Positions 7,535-18,204 of a DNA stretch of 42,539 nucleotides are shown piece by piece. This stretch comes from a virus. Within the stretch, counting starts at the first letter, position 1. Each line of letters opens with the position of its first letter. The notes under the pieces were generated by a model. The model was not told where the DNA came from. It saw only the letters and a list, made by a program, of their open reading frames with translations, and did no database searches. Location of the stretch: the IMG/VR virus record IMGVR_UViG_3300045988_141277, positions 1-42,539 of that record; one strand, 5' to 3'. A program made the position numbers and the translations under genes.

Positions 7535-10500
7535 CTATAATTTCTTAGGTCTAGCACAGAATAATATTTTATCAGTTGTATTGTTTGTAATTCCTGTTAT
7601 TCTAACTCCATTTGTAACTGTTGTAGATTCTATTATGTTTACTGACCCGCCATCTTCAGTTGGTCCAACTACAATGGCTACATGTGAGCAGTTCATATAA
7701 CGACCATTTTCTCCGTTATCTCTATCAAAAAAAACGAGGTCTCCAGCTTTCAAGTTTGAATAATTGATTATATCAATATCATGTAGTACCCAGCCTTTTT
7801 TAACACAATATTCTGCTTGTTCTGCTGCTGTCCTTGGTAACATAAATGCCCAGCTAGTATCTGAATTTTTAACTAATTTCTTTAGTTTGTGATTGGCATA
7901 AGGACTTTTATCGTACGGTATATCCGCATAAACAAATATAGCCAAAGAGCTACAGTCAATATTAGCTTTTTTAGCAGTAGCATCATACCATTTATTTAAG
8001 TTTCCAGCCATATCATTAGGGAAACTGGTAGGCTCAGATTTAACAGCAAATGAATTATCTCCATATCGCAACCCAGTTCGATTTAGGTATGTTTTTGCAG
8101 TTTTTACAGCTTTTTCGCCACCAACAAATTTATAAGTTTTTGCATATCCTTCACTTTTATCTACGGAAACTGAGCCATAGTATTTATAGTCAATACTTGT
8201 ATTTACATTAGCCATTATTATAATTTTATAACCTGTATTCGGTTTTGGAACTAGTTGGCCAGCTATACAATCTACACCTTCAAGATAACAAATTTTACTT
8301 TGTGTATAACTAATTTCATCTGCTGTAGTAAACACCATTCTAGCATAAAAACTTTTATCAACTTTATTTTTAAGTCTGAAAGTAAGAGACTTAATTGTTT
8401 TTTTCCAAGTATAAGTTTTTGTACTTTCTAATAATATATTTACTGTTTCACCTTCTCTTTTAGATGCATTACCATCATCCCCAGTGTCACCACCGCCAGT
8501 ATCTCCTCCACCAGTGTTACTGCTATCATCCTTTTTCTTATAACCTATTGGAGTAGCCAGTAATTTTTCTTTTATTGCATTATAAAAAACACCAATACTG
8601 GAATCATCTTTAAATGTATAACCATCATTAGTGTAATTAGGATTTAATAAATTCGTATAAGTTTCTAATTTGCTAGATATATCTAATAAAAATACATTTT
8701 CTTCATTGTCACAGAATGTTTTAATTTCAGTGTTAAATGCATCTATAGAAGTATTTACAGTTGTATAATCTGCATAAGCAGTTCCAACATGTAATTCCTT
8801 TAATATGAAAATCGGTGTATTTCTATATTTTGTTTTTAAGATATTTGTAAGAGTTTTAATTCCTGTTATACCTTTTTCTGTTAGATCATTCAATCCAAAA
8901 TGAACAAGTGCATAAGGTGATGAACTTGGATATGCTTTATCATCATCTTCGTATAAGCCTTCTACTGTAGTTAACAAATTATTATTATCGCCATAAAAAT
9001 CATATGCATTTGCCTTTCTAACCGCTTTTATGTACACTTCATTCATATCTGTCTTGTCGATTACAGGAGTGTCCTCTACATTATTGTTATCGGCTTCAAC
9101 TAAATCGTAAGGTCTTAAACAAAATCCGTATTTATAGATATCATTGTATACTGGCATATACCTTATAGCCTTTGGCCAATAATCCCACTTTCTAGCATGA
9201 GCTACCATATGTGTTCCGTTTTCTTTACCGCAGTAAATTAACGTATGATGAGTAAAGTTCTTTGCCATAGCTTTCGCTCTAGTTAATGTTGTAGGGCACT
9301 CTTTATTACACATCATTATAATATCTCCAGCTTTCATATTTTCTATAGATGTTTTAGTGATTTTAAACATTTTATACCCATCTTTAGCCGTTGCATATTT
9401 AACCAATGTACCATATGCACAATATGAATCACTATGGAATATACTTTTTAATCCAGCTTCACCATAGCAACAAGTCACTAAAGAAGAGCAATCGTAACAA
9501 ATAGGATTTTTTATTCCGTAAAAAGTGCCTTTTCTTTTGTTAGGCTTTTTAAAGTTCCAAGTACGATAACTTTGGTCATATGTTGCCAACTTATCTGTAT
9601 GTTGTTGTGCTATAGCTTTTGCCGTATCAACTATTATTTGTCTTATATCAGATGCGCTTGTTTGACCTTTTGCTTTTGGAGTAGATGTACCAACTCCATA
9701 ACCTAATTTATTGCCCTGTGCATCCATATAATAAGGTAATTGGCCATTTACTACTTTATACCAACATAGATATAATTCTACGTTATTTGGTGTTCCTAAT
9801 CCCTTTTGGTCTTTTAATTTTTGTCTATAAGCTGCAAAGTCAAATTTTCCACTATCTAATTCCTCGTAAACCTTTAATTTTGTTTCGTTTGATTGAGAAC
9901 TCAAATAATAAGAATCAACGAATGTATATCCGTATTTATCGCACACATACTTACTCACTATCCAGTTAAGTGAGCCTTGACCCATATTATTAGCAACTAA
10001 TCCACCAAATATATTTCCGTGTGCATAATCGATAGCTTGACGTAGTTCCCAGCAACCAAATCTTATTTGATTTAAGATATTTTTATCAACTGTTATTCCA
10101 TTGACTGTTGTGTTTCCGGCTTTGTAAGGTGTCATTGTTGCATAAGAAGGAAGAAATTTATAAGTGCTGCCGTCTAAATATTTTATAGTTTGTGCCTTAT
10201 TTCCCCACTCTTTGAAGTATGTACTTCTTTCACATTGCATTAGTCCGTAACCACCATTACTACCTGTAGTACTATAAGGGTCACCTCTAGATTCTCCCAT
10301 TATGACTGCATACACTAGGTTTGGATCTAATCCAAATTTTCTAGCATAATGTTCAACTATAAGATATAGTTTATATTTATTTCCTGTAGATGATAGCTCA
10401 TTGAGATTCGCTTTATTTTGATATTTACCTATGTCATATTTCTCATATAATGCTAATGCTTCTGCATATATATCATTAGTTTTATCAGTAGTAGATACTG

Positions 10501-11869
10501 TCTTAGAAGTCTTTACTTGATAAAATCTGTCATCTCCAAGCCATACTCCATTTTTATAAGTATCAATATAAATAGGGTCGCCATCACCTTCATCGGGAGG
10601 GTCTGGTTTTGGATGTATAATATCTTGAATTTCATCAAATATTTTGTCTATCTCCTCTTTTTCTACTCCCATTTTTTCTAAGTATTCTCGTATTTTAGCA
10701 ATATCCTCGTCAGTCAAATCACCTATTCCAATACCACCAAGAAATTCAATTATTTCTTTTAATAAATCGTCTTTATTAGATAAATTTTTTATCTTACTTA
10801 TAACTTCTTTAAAATTACTAAATTCTGCTGTACATTTTGTTTCATCAGAAAAAGATAATTTTAATTTATTTACTCTAGCTTCTAAAAGTAATGGTTTTAC
10901 TCCAAAGCTAAAATCCCTTATTGATACAGTATCGCCTATATCAAGTTCATCATCATAAGAAACACCCATTTCATAAGTAGCTTGAGGTTTAGAACGTTTT
11001 TGTAATTCCTCATATGCTTCTTTTAACAAGTCAGATGCATTATTGGCATCACTCTCAAAGTAGCCAAATATATGTCTACCATCATTGTTATAAAGTTTAA
11101 AAGCTTCTTCATCAGCTATAAAGTCCTGATTGAGTGGTTTGTCGACTGGATCTCCTTTTTCTTTTATCCATTCTACTGAATGTATAGTTATATCATCTTT
11201 TCCATAAGGGATTAATGCTGTACAGAAATCGGACCATTTTTTGGTTTGACCTATTTTATTTGCATTATCACCATATGTAAAAATCTTATTTGTTACTTTC
11301 CCCTTTTTCTTATATACATTTATAATCTGTTTTAACTTACTTCCTTGCCTTTTAACTGTAAATTCAAGTTCAGCACCGAAACTAGCTATATTATCTTGAA
11401 TAGCTTTTAATACGTTTGTTTTAGATTCTATTTCAATAGTAAGCACTGTATTAAGTAGCTCGCTGTCAACGTATCCCACTGCAAACTCAGTGTTTATAAG
11501 AACTGATTCCAAAAACTGTTTCACATTCCCTACAATTACTTGAGGTTGTGTCGGCTCATTTATAAGTGTTATCCCTGTATTTTCACAGTAAATGTCAGTT
11601 ATAACATTCTTTTTCTCGTGAGTTGTTCCAGATTCGAATATTTGAAATAATCTATCTTTGCCTTTAAATCTAAAAATTATATAGTTAAGTCCGATTAACT
11701 TATCAGAATACCTTTTCGCATCTTTTACAGATAATGTATAAGTATCTATAAAAGTTTCTAGGTCCAACTCATATTCATCATTAAAAAAACAACTGTCTCC
11801 CTGTGAAGGTATAACATCTATTATTTCTTTTTGTCGATTTAAAACAAAAATTGTGTTTACTCTATACAT
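7535..11869 (-). CDS. tail-associated lysin (Tal): prophage-tail N-domain + lytic transglycosylase + 2 NlpC/P60 peptidase domains
   Basis: SLT motif VIMGESRGDP...GYGLMQ. NlpC/P60 motifs are YDCSSLV...HHTLIY and IDCSSLA...GDLVFF...SHVAIV. It follows Dit. Confidence 0.85.
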   Translation of the reverse strand: MYRVNTIFVLNRQKEIIDVIPSQGDSCFFNDEYELDLETFIDTYTLSVKDAKRYSDKLIGLNYIIFRFKGKDRLFQIFESGTTHEKKNVITDIYCENTGITLINEPTQPQVIVGNVKQFLESVLINTEFAVGYVDSELLNTVLTIEIESKTNVLKAIQDNIASFGAELEFTVKRQGSKLKQIINVYKKKGKVTNKIFTYGDNANKIGQTKKWSDFCTALIPYGKDDITIHSVEWIKEKGDPVDKPLNQDFIADEEAFKLYNNDGRHIFGYFESDANNASDLLKEAYEELQKRSKPQATYEMGVSYDDELDIGDTVSIRDFSFGVKPLLLEARVNKLKLSFSDETKCTAEFSNFKEVISKIKNLSNKDDLLKEIIEFLGGIGIGDLTDEDIAKIREYLEKMGVEKEEIDKIFDEIQDIIHPKPDPPDEGDGDPIYIDTYKNGVWLGDDRFYQVKTSKTVSTTDKTNDIYAEALALYEKYDIGKYQNKANLNELSSTGNKYKLYLIVEHYARKFGLDPNLVYAVIMGESRGDPYSTTGSNGGYGLMQCERSTYFKEWGNKAQTIKYLDGSTYKFLPSYATMTPYKAGNTTVNGITVDKNILNQIRFGCWELRQAIDYAHGNIFGGLVANNMGQGSLNWIVSKYVCDKYGYTFVDSYYLSSQSNETKLKVYEELDSGKFDFAAYRQKLKDQKGLGTPNNVELYLCWYKVVNGQLPYYMDAQGNKLGYGVGTSTPKAKGQTSASDIRQIIVDTAKAIAQQHTDKLATYDQSYRTWNFKKPNKRKGTFYGIKNPICYDCSSLVTCCYGEAGLKSIFHSDSYCAYGTLVKYATAKDGYKMFKITKTSIENMKAGDIIMMCNKECPTTLTRAKAMAKNFTHHTLIYCGKENGTHMVAHARKWDYWPKAIRYMPVYNDIYKYGFCLRPYDLVEADNNNVEDTPVIDKTDMNEVYIKAVRKANAYDFYGDNNNLLTTVEGLYEDDDKAYPSSSPYALVHFGLNDLTEKGITGIKTLTNILKTKYRNTPIFILKELHVGTAYADYTTVNTSIDAFNTEIKTFCDNEENVFLLDISSKLETYTNLLNPNYTNDGYTFKDDSSIGVFYNAIKEKLLATPIGYKKKDDSSNTGGGDTGGGDTGDDGNASKREGETVNILLESTKTYTWKKTIKSLTFRLKNKVDKSFYARMVFTTADEISYTQSKICYLEGVDCIAGQLVPKPNTGYKIIIMANVNTSIDYKYYGSVSVDKSEGYAKTYKFVGGEKAVKTAKTYLNRTGLRYGDNSFAVKSEPTSFPNDMAGNLNKWYDATAKKANIDCSSLAIFVYADIPYDKSPYANHKLKKLVKNSDTSWAFMLPRTAAEQAEYCVKKGWVLHDIDIINYSNLKAGDLVFFDRDNGENGRYMNCSHVAIVVGPTEDGGSVNIIESTTVTNGVRITGITNNTTDKILFCARPKKL

Positions 11870-13893
11870 TATCTATTAAACCTTTCATTAAATATTACAC
11901 TACTAGAAGATATTGGGCTATCTGAATTTATTGTTATTGCATTTTCACCTTGCTCCAAATTAAAGAAATAACTTCCATAATCTATATAATCCATAAAAAG
12001 CTCGCCATTTTTATAAACCTTTTGATTTAAAGTATCTATACTTATTTCATCTCCAGCTTTAAAAATGTATAAGTTTGTATCTTCTTGAGTTGTATCATTT
12101 AGTTTATTTACAATAATTCTATTAAGTGTCATTGTATCAACTGCTTTTTCTTCTCCATATTGGCCAAAGAAAACATCTATATGATTTAGGTTTCCTGTTG
12201 GAAAATCGCTATCTCTTATATCTTCTGGCTTAATTGTTTTAACTATTTCACCAGAGGAATTATATTTAACAACTTCAACACTCCATTTTGTACCTTCCCT
12301 TTTTATAGTAAAATGGCCTTTAAATTCGTTCCAATCTCCATATTGTCCCATATTAAGGTAATGTTTCTTTATAGTAAGCTTATCTCCACTACCTTCTGTA
12401 GTTGTTGTGAATTTTACTTCTGGCAATTTAAAATCTTTATCTTCTAATACAGTTTTATTTCCTATTTGTACAACTGGATAGTTTGATTCAAAATACTTTT
12501 GGTCATCACATAACATAAACTTGAATAATTTTACACCATTTACATCGCATCCATACATTTCTAACAAGCCTAATTGATTTTCAGCCACAACTATATCTTC
12601 ATCTGTTTCTATCGTTGTATCCGAGCCTTTTGTAAGATATTCACTCCAAACGTAGCCTGTTTTTCCGTTATAGGTTACTTTACTCCATTTCCCACTTGTG
12701 CTATTTAAATAATTAACTGCTGTACCATTCGGTATTGTAGCTAATAACTTTGTTTTCTTGCTTGCTCCACTTCTTAATGATGCTGTATGATTTGTGTAAT
12801 AATTACTTGTTTTTGTAGTGATCTTCTTTAAGCCTTTAGATATTTTAGCCCAGCCTGTTTTACTATCATACGTAGTTTTTATCCAGCCGTTAGTTGCTTC
12901 TTTTCCATCTACTTTTACAGGTGTTAAATAAACACCTTTCTTTATAGTTTTTATTGTCTTGCTACTAGAAAGTCTTTTCTCTTTTAAAGCTATTGATGTA
13001 GCTGTTACTTTATATTTAGTAGTAGTTGTTGTATTTGTGCTTGCATTTTCGTTATATTTCAATTTTCCTGTAGAATCAAAATAAAAGTAGCCTTGCACTT
13101 CAAAGTCAACTATATCAGGAATAAGATTTCTTCTTATAGAAGGTCCATGCCATTTATCTCCTGAGCCGTAATCATTTGCTACTATTGCCCATCCACCTTC
13201 ATTTACAGCACATACATCTACTCCACCAGTAACAACTCTATTTGCATCTACAAAAGACCCATTTGAGAAATTAGTCTTTGTTTCACATACTTCATCTATT
13301 TGATTTTCTTTTTCGTTAACTGATTTATTTACAAGGCTTGGATAAGTTCCAAGAAGAATAGCATTACCATTACTATCACTTACTTGTAAATAACAAGCAT
13401 CTTGTTCCAAATTCACATTAATTATACAAGGGCATGGCTTTTTGCCCTCATTTGTATAAGTGATTTTTTTATCACCTTCAAATATTTTAGCTTCTTCTAT
13501 ATAAAAATAAGGGTCGTATGCCACTAAGGACACACTTCCCTCACCATAACATTTATTATCACGAATTACCACATCTCCAAACTCCACTTCATCCTCTGGA
13601 ATGCAGTAAATAAATTTTTCTTCATCTTCTATGTAAAAAGCTTGTGGAGTATCTACATCAAAAGCATCTGCTATAGCATCTACTGTAGTATCATAAGTAT
13701 CCTTATCATCACATTCAACACAGAATTTAATATCTATTGTTCTCTTCTTCTTTCTACTTCCACTAAATATATCTCCATTATCGCTCCATGTTTCAATAGA
13801 ATCAGATTCAGAAGGAGGTAGCATAGGCATATCTATTTCTTTTATTCCAAAGCCTTCTAAATCGTCTAATACTATGTCACCGAATTTATACAT
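11869..13893 (-). CDS. distal tail protein (Dit), 'evolved' type with two SH3b-like insertions
   Basis: It lies directly after the TMP gene. It contains two SH3-like repeats (...GWIKTTYDSKTGWAKISKG... and ...GKWSKVTYNGKTGYVWSEYL...). Confidence 0.7.
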   Translation of the reverse strand: MYKFGDIVLDDLEGFGIKEIDMPMLPPSESDSIETWSDNGDIFSGSRKKKRTIDIKFCVECDDKDTYDTTVDAIADAFDVDTPQAFYIEDEEKFIYCIPEDEVEFGDVVIRDNKCYGEGSVSLVAYDPYFYIEEAKIFEGDKKITYTNEGKKPCPCIINVNLEQDACYLQVSDSNGNAILLGTYPSLVNKSVNEKENQIDEVCETKTNFSNGSFVDANRVVTGGVDVCAVNEGGWAIVANDYGSGDKWHGPSIRRNLIPDIVDFEVQGYFYFDSTGKLKYNENASTNTTTTTKYKVTATSIALKEKRLSSSKTIKTIKKGVYLTPVKVDGKEATNGWIKTTYDSKTGWAKISKGLKKITTKTSNYYTNHTASLRSGASKKTKLLATIPNGTAVNYLNSTSGKWSKVTYNGKTGYVWSEYLTKGSDTTIETDEDIVVAENQLGLLEMYGCDVNGVKLFKFMLCDDQKYFESNYPVVQIGNKTVLEDKDFKLPEVKFTTTTEGSGDKLTIKKHYLNMGQYGDWNEFKGHFTIKREGTKWSVEVVKYNSSGEIVKTIKPEDIRDSDFPTGNLNHIDVFFGQYGEEKAVDTMTLNRIIVNKLNDTTQEDTNLYIFKAGDEISIDTLNQKVYKNGELFMDYIDYGSYFFNLEQGENAITINSDSPISSSSVIFNERFNR

Positions 13894-16791
13894 TTATCTA
13901 CCTCTCTTCCTGTTTTCTCTTCTTGCTTTTACTTTTATTTTATCATCTACTATATCTGCAGTAGATTCACCTATGACCTTGCTATCAAGATATACTGGCA
14001 TTACTATCCTCATATCTCTTGTAGTAGCTTTTGCTGTGCTATTAGAAGAACTAGATACACCACTTGAACTAGAAAAGCTTGAAGTTGATGTACTAGCTAA
14101 ACTAGCAGTAGCAGCATTATTTGTAGCTCTTATAGCACTATATGCTAAGTTTGAATATGCCATTGTGTTTACAGCTTTTAAATTAGCTGTTCTAGCACTC
14201 TGATTTACAGTATTAACAGTTCTAGTAACATTAACTTTAGTGTTAAGTGTTCTATTTGTAGCAGATGCTATTTTAGACATATAACTATTTACAGAACTAT
14301 AAGCTTGTGACATTTGAGTTTGTATAACCTTGCGCAAAGATATAAAGCTTCTTGTAGCATTGTTACGTGCATTTTGTGACTGTGTTCTTACAACATTAGC
14401 AATAGATATCATCTTACTTGTTACAGCAGTTCTAGCTTGTGTTATTTGTGTATTTATAACTTTTCTAAGTGATATAAAGCTCTTTGTTGCGCTATTTCTA
14501 GCATTTTGAGATTGATTTTTTATAATATTAGCTAGGTTGACAAATTGATTTCTACCTATGTTAACACTACCCACTAAATTTTCTCTAACTGTATTTCTAA
14601 TTTTTCCAAAGCTTGAACCTATACCATTAGCTACATTTTGAGTTGTTGTTTGTAAGGATTTTAATTCTTTTTCTAACTCTTTTAGTTGACTAGTATTCAT
14701 AGTTTCTAGCTTATTCATTATATTTTGGGAAATGCCATCGCCTATTTCTGTTGCAGTAGCATTTGTTGTAGATTTACTTTGTTCAAGTCCTGAGTTTATA
14801 CCATTGGTGTAATTTTGCCCACTAGAAATACCCCATTGTTGATAAGCATCTTGTCCGTCACTGTTAAATAATCCAGTAAAAAATCCTTTTATACCAGCAA
14901 ATTTATCCATTGTAAAGCCTTTTAAGAATCCCCATATAAATTTATCTGCTACTGAACCACCAAGCATACCCATATTTTCTGCATTTGCAGCCGACCAATC
15001 GTTCATTGCATCATAGATAATACCGCATGCTGAATTTATTTGATCTCTATTATTTCTTATTCCGTTTCCTATAGCTTCTAAGATAACTTTGCCAGCTTGT
15101 TGAATCATTGGTCCATTTTCTTGAATCCAGCTACAAACTTTTGATATCAAACTACTTATTGCAGTCGATAAACCTTCTTTATTGTTTATTATGCCTTGAG
15201 CTATATTTTTAACCATGCTACTACCCATACTTAATAAACTATCTAAAGAGCCACCACTTATAAATCTATTAGCACCACTTATTGCATTTGATATTAAATT
15301 AGGTATATTTTTAGCTGCATTAGATACTTTTGTTTCTAAGTCAGCCAATCCTTTTTCAAATCCATCAAAAGTATAAGTGTTTTTATCTCCGTTTCTCCAA
15401 GTCGAGAAAAAGTCTGTAAGCGCTTGAGAGCCGTTTATAAGCGCTGGTTTCATTTTTTCAAATGCACCGATTAAACTATCTTCTATCGCACTTGATAATG
15501 CTAAGAATGTTGATTTTGTTGTTTCATCAATGCTGTCAGCTAATCTAGTTGATAATCCTTCAATTTCTTTAAGATTCTTCTTGTAAGTTGCATATTTTTC
15601 ATCTGACATATCAACTATTTCGTTAACTTCATCAAAGCTATCTCCAAGTCCTATAGTTTGCAATTTAGCTTTTATTTGTTCGTCTGACATACCTTTAAAG
15701 GCTTGTCGTAGGTAATCTGTCTTTTGAGACATTGACAATGTAGATAATGATATTTTTTCAGCTTCTATTCCATATTTAGAAAGCTTACTGTTAGCATCGT
15801 CTATTGTCATTCCTTCTTTTACAAGTGATTTAACATATTCTTTTGTGTTTTTATAGTTTTCATTATGAGCTTTAGCATATTCTACTGTATGATCACTAAG
15901 TCCAACTATAGAATTATCTACAGCACTTAAAGTTCCGTTATAATCTATAAGTTGATTTATTGCTTTTCCGTCTATTTCTATGTTTTTAGCATTTCCTACA
16001 CTTCTCCAGAATTTATCAACTTTACCACTAGCATTATCCATAGATTCTACTACATCGAGTAAATCTTCTACAGATTGAGAACTAACTTTACAATCATCAC
16101 CAAGTAAAGATATTGCATATCCTAAGTCTTTACTAGACAATCCTAATGCTGTTGCTGATGTTTCAGTATTAGAAAATACATCTTTCATTACTTCTATTCT
16201 CTTTGTAGCATCTTCGCCTTTTAAACCTAAGATGTTCATATTTTCATTAAACATTGATACTGTAGAAGTTGAATTGTCTATCGCTTCTGATAGCTTGTTG
16301 TATTCTTCTGCTGATGCATTAACAAGTGACATAACTCCTGGTAAAGCATTTTTACCAGCAACAGTAGCTATCAAAGCTGCTTTTTGACTTCTTGTCATAT
16401 TTTCTGTGCCTTCTCTTAATGCTTTTACTGTAGCTTCTAAATCTGTACATCCGTCAGCTGTTGTTTTTAGATAACTTCCTGTTTTGTCTGCTGTTAATCC
16501 TAACTTTTCAAGCGCAGCAGTTTGTTGATCTGTCGGGTGTGACATATTCGATAACATATTTTTTAATGACATGCCTGCCTTCGAACCTTTTATACCTGCA
16601 TTAGCTTGAAGTCCAATAGCAGTTGATAAATCTGTCATAGAAGCACCTAATGCTCCAGCGATAGCACCTGTTTGTTTCATAGATTCACCGAATAAAACAA
16701 CATCGGTATTACTTCTAGTAATAGTTGCAGCTAATTTATCTGCAAAGTCGCCAGCTTGATTTGCTTGCATGCCAAGTGCAGTTAAATCATC
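13894..16791 (-). CDS. tape measure protein, exon 3
   Basis: It begins DDLTALGMQANQAGDFADKLAA, which continues the TP901-type TMP core. The sequence is long, helical and low in complexity. Confidence 0.8.
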   Translation of the reverse strand, partial: DDLTALGMQANQAGDFADKLAATITRSNTDVVLFGESMKQTGAIAGALGASMTDLSTAIGLQANAGIKGSKAGMSLKNMLSNMSHPTDQQTAALEKLGLTADKTGSYLKTTADGCTDLEATVKALREGTENMTRSQKAALIATVAGKNALPGVMSLVNASAEEYNKLSEAIDNSTSTVSMFNENMNILGLKGEDATKRIEVMKDVFSNTETSATALGLSSKDLGYAISLLGDDCKVSSQSVEDLLDVVESMDNASGKVDKFWRSVGNAKNIEIDGKAINQLIDYNGTLSAVDNSIVGLSDHTVEYAKAHNENYKNTKEYVKSLVKEGMTIDDANSKLSKYGIEAEKISLSTLSMSQKTDYLRQAFKGMSDEQIKAKLQTIGLGDSFDEVNEIVDMSDEKYATYKKNLKEIEGLSTRLADSIDETTKSTFLALSSAIEDSLIGAFEKMKPALINGSQALTDFFSTWRNGDKNTYTFDGFEKGLADLETKVSNAAKNIPNLISNAISGANRFISGGSLDSLLSMGSSMVKNIAQGIINNKEGLSTAISSLISKVCSWIQENGPMIQQAGKVILEAIGNGIRNNRDQINSACGIIYDAMNDWSAANAENMGMLGGSVADKFIWGFLKGFTMDKFAGIKGFFTGLFNSDGQDAYQQWGISSGQNYTNGINSGLEQSKSTTNATATEIGDGISQNIMNKLETMNTSQLKELEKELKSLQTTTQNVANGIGSSFGKIRNTVRENLVGSVNIGRNQFVNLANIIKNQSQNARNSATKSFISLRKVINTQITQARTAVTSKMISIANVVRTQSQNARNNATRSFISLRKVIQTQMSQAYSSVNSYMSKIASATNRTLNTKVNVTRTVNTVNQSARTANLKAVNTMAYSNLAYSAIRATNNAATASLASTSTSSFSSSSGVSSSSNSTAKATTRDMRIVMPVYLDSKVIGESTADIVDDKIKVKARRENRKRGR
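14330..14525 (-). repeat. in-frame 132-bp (44-aa) tandem duplication inside the TMP
   Basis: QSQNARN(S/N)AT(K/R)SFISLRKVI.TQ occurs twice. The DNA word gatataaagct occurs at 14339 and 14471. Confidence 0.7.
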
Positions 16792-18204
16792 CATTATCTT
16801 ATATCTAGGCTCTTTATCCTAGAACTCTTACTTTCATAAGAGGATGGGACTATATCATCACCTTTAACTTAATAGTAAGGTGTTCGGCGCTCGTGGGAGA
16901 AATTATTATTTGCCTATTCATTCTCCTAGTCTCTGAACCTTCCATGTACTTTTACGGCTTTCCATGGCTTGGTTGCTGATTAGCATATTAATATTAATTT
17001 ATGGTATTAAAAAAACACCCTTTAAAGAGTGTTTTCTTTTTTATTATTTATAAATTCAATATATTGTTCTTTTGTATTGTCTCCCATTCCGTATTTAATA
17101 TGGAAATATCTATGACATTGCTTGCAAAGTGTAACTCCATTGTTTATATCAGTTCTATGCTCCTTGTCCCAGTTGTAACTATTAAGATGGTGTGCAACTA
17201 AGTCTCCACCTCTTTTACCACAATATTGGCAAGTATAATTATCCCTTTTATAAACACCATAAACCCATTTTTTATATCCTTCTATGATTCTTCCTTTTTC
17301 TCTTTCTTCTTGAGTTTTTCCCGGATTCCACATTTTATTTTTACTTCCTCTTATTTTTTCTCCTTTGCCATAGTTAGGATTATTTTCACCCTTTAATATT
17401 TCCTTTTGGTGGTTTGATTTACATTCTTGTGAACAATATACATTTTTATTATTTTTTATTTTACATTTTAGGATAGTGAATTCTTTAGAACAATAAGAAC
17501 ATCTAACCTTTACAGTTGCATTTTTATAGTTAGGATTATTTTCACCCTTACCAGTTTGTTTTTGATGTTCATATTTGCACTCCTGAGAACAATAGTGATG
17601 TTTACTTCTTTCGTAAGTACTTTTTGTTACACTGATTTCTTTTCCACAATAACTACATTTTATAGTTATTCTATTTGTCATCGATTTTACTCTACATTCT
17701 GAACTACAATACTTTTGCGAACTTTTACGTGGTTTAAATTTTGTTTTACATATAGGGCATATTTTTTCTTTTGTTTTTATTTTTGAACAATATCCACACT
17801 GTCTTTTTTGTCTTTTATCTTTTCTCATAAAATCAGAATACCTAACTTGAAAAACTTCGCCACATCTACATTGAACACTTAGTTTTTCTTGGTTTCCATT
17901 ATATTCTCTAGATAATAATTTACAACCACTTCCACTATCAATTTCTATAAATTTTTTAACTTCTTCATAAGTTAATTTTTTAGACATAACAAAAACACCT
18001 CCGACAGTATTTTCAATTTATCCGATTATTAAATTTTTATTAAATAGGGAAGAAAGCTCGGATAACTTTCTTATCGCTAAGGCTCGCGACTTCCTTAACT
18101 ATCCCTATATTTATTATACCATAAATTACAAATATTAACTTAGCCTTCCAGCAATTCACCGAATATTTTTTGAATAGTATTTCTACTAAACCGACCAATA
18201 TTTT
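16792..18204 (-). mobile_element. group I intron 2 (IA2-like) carrying an HNH homing endonuclease ORF
   Basis: On the minus strand: P element AAUUGCUGGAAGG (18144..18156), Q AAUCAGCAAC (16972..16981), R GUUCAGAGACUAGG (16925..16938), S GAUAUAGUCC (16847..16856). The 5' exon ends GACU and pairs with GGUC. The last intron nucleotide is G. Confidence 0.8.
17022..17987 (-). CDS. intron-encoded HNH homing endonuclease with tandem zinc-ribbon modules
   Basis: C-terminal HNH motif GGDLVAHHLNSYNWDKEHRTDINNGVTLCKQCHRYFH. Three to four repeats of CxxC...YCSxEC. RBS GGAGGTG. Confidence 0.85.
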   Translation of the reverse strand: MSKKLTYEEVKKFIEIDSGSGCKLLSREYNGNQEKLSVQCRCGEVFQVRYSDFMRKDKRQKRQCGYCSKIKTKEKICPICKTKFKPRKSSQKYCSSECRVKSMTNRITIKCSYCGKEISVTKSTYERSKHHYCSQECKYEHQKQTGKGENNPNYKNATVKVRCSYCSKEFTILKCKIKNNKNVYCSQECKSNHQKEILKGENNPNYGKGEKIRGSKNKMWNPGKTQEEREKGRIIEGYKKWVYGVYKRDNYTCQYCGKRGGDLVAHHLNSYNWDKEHRTDINNGVTLCKQCHRYFHIKYGMGDNTKEQYIEFINNKKENTL

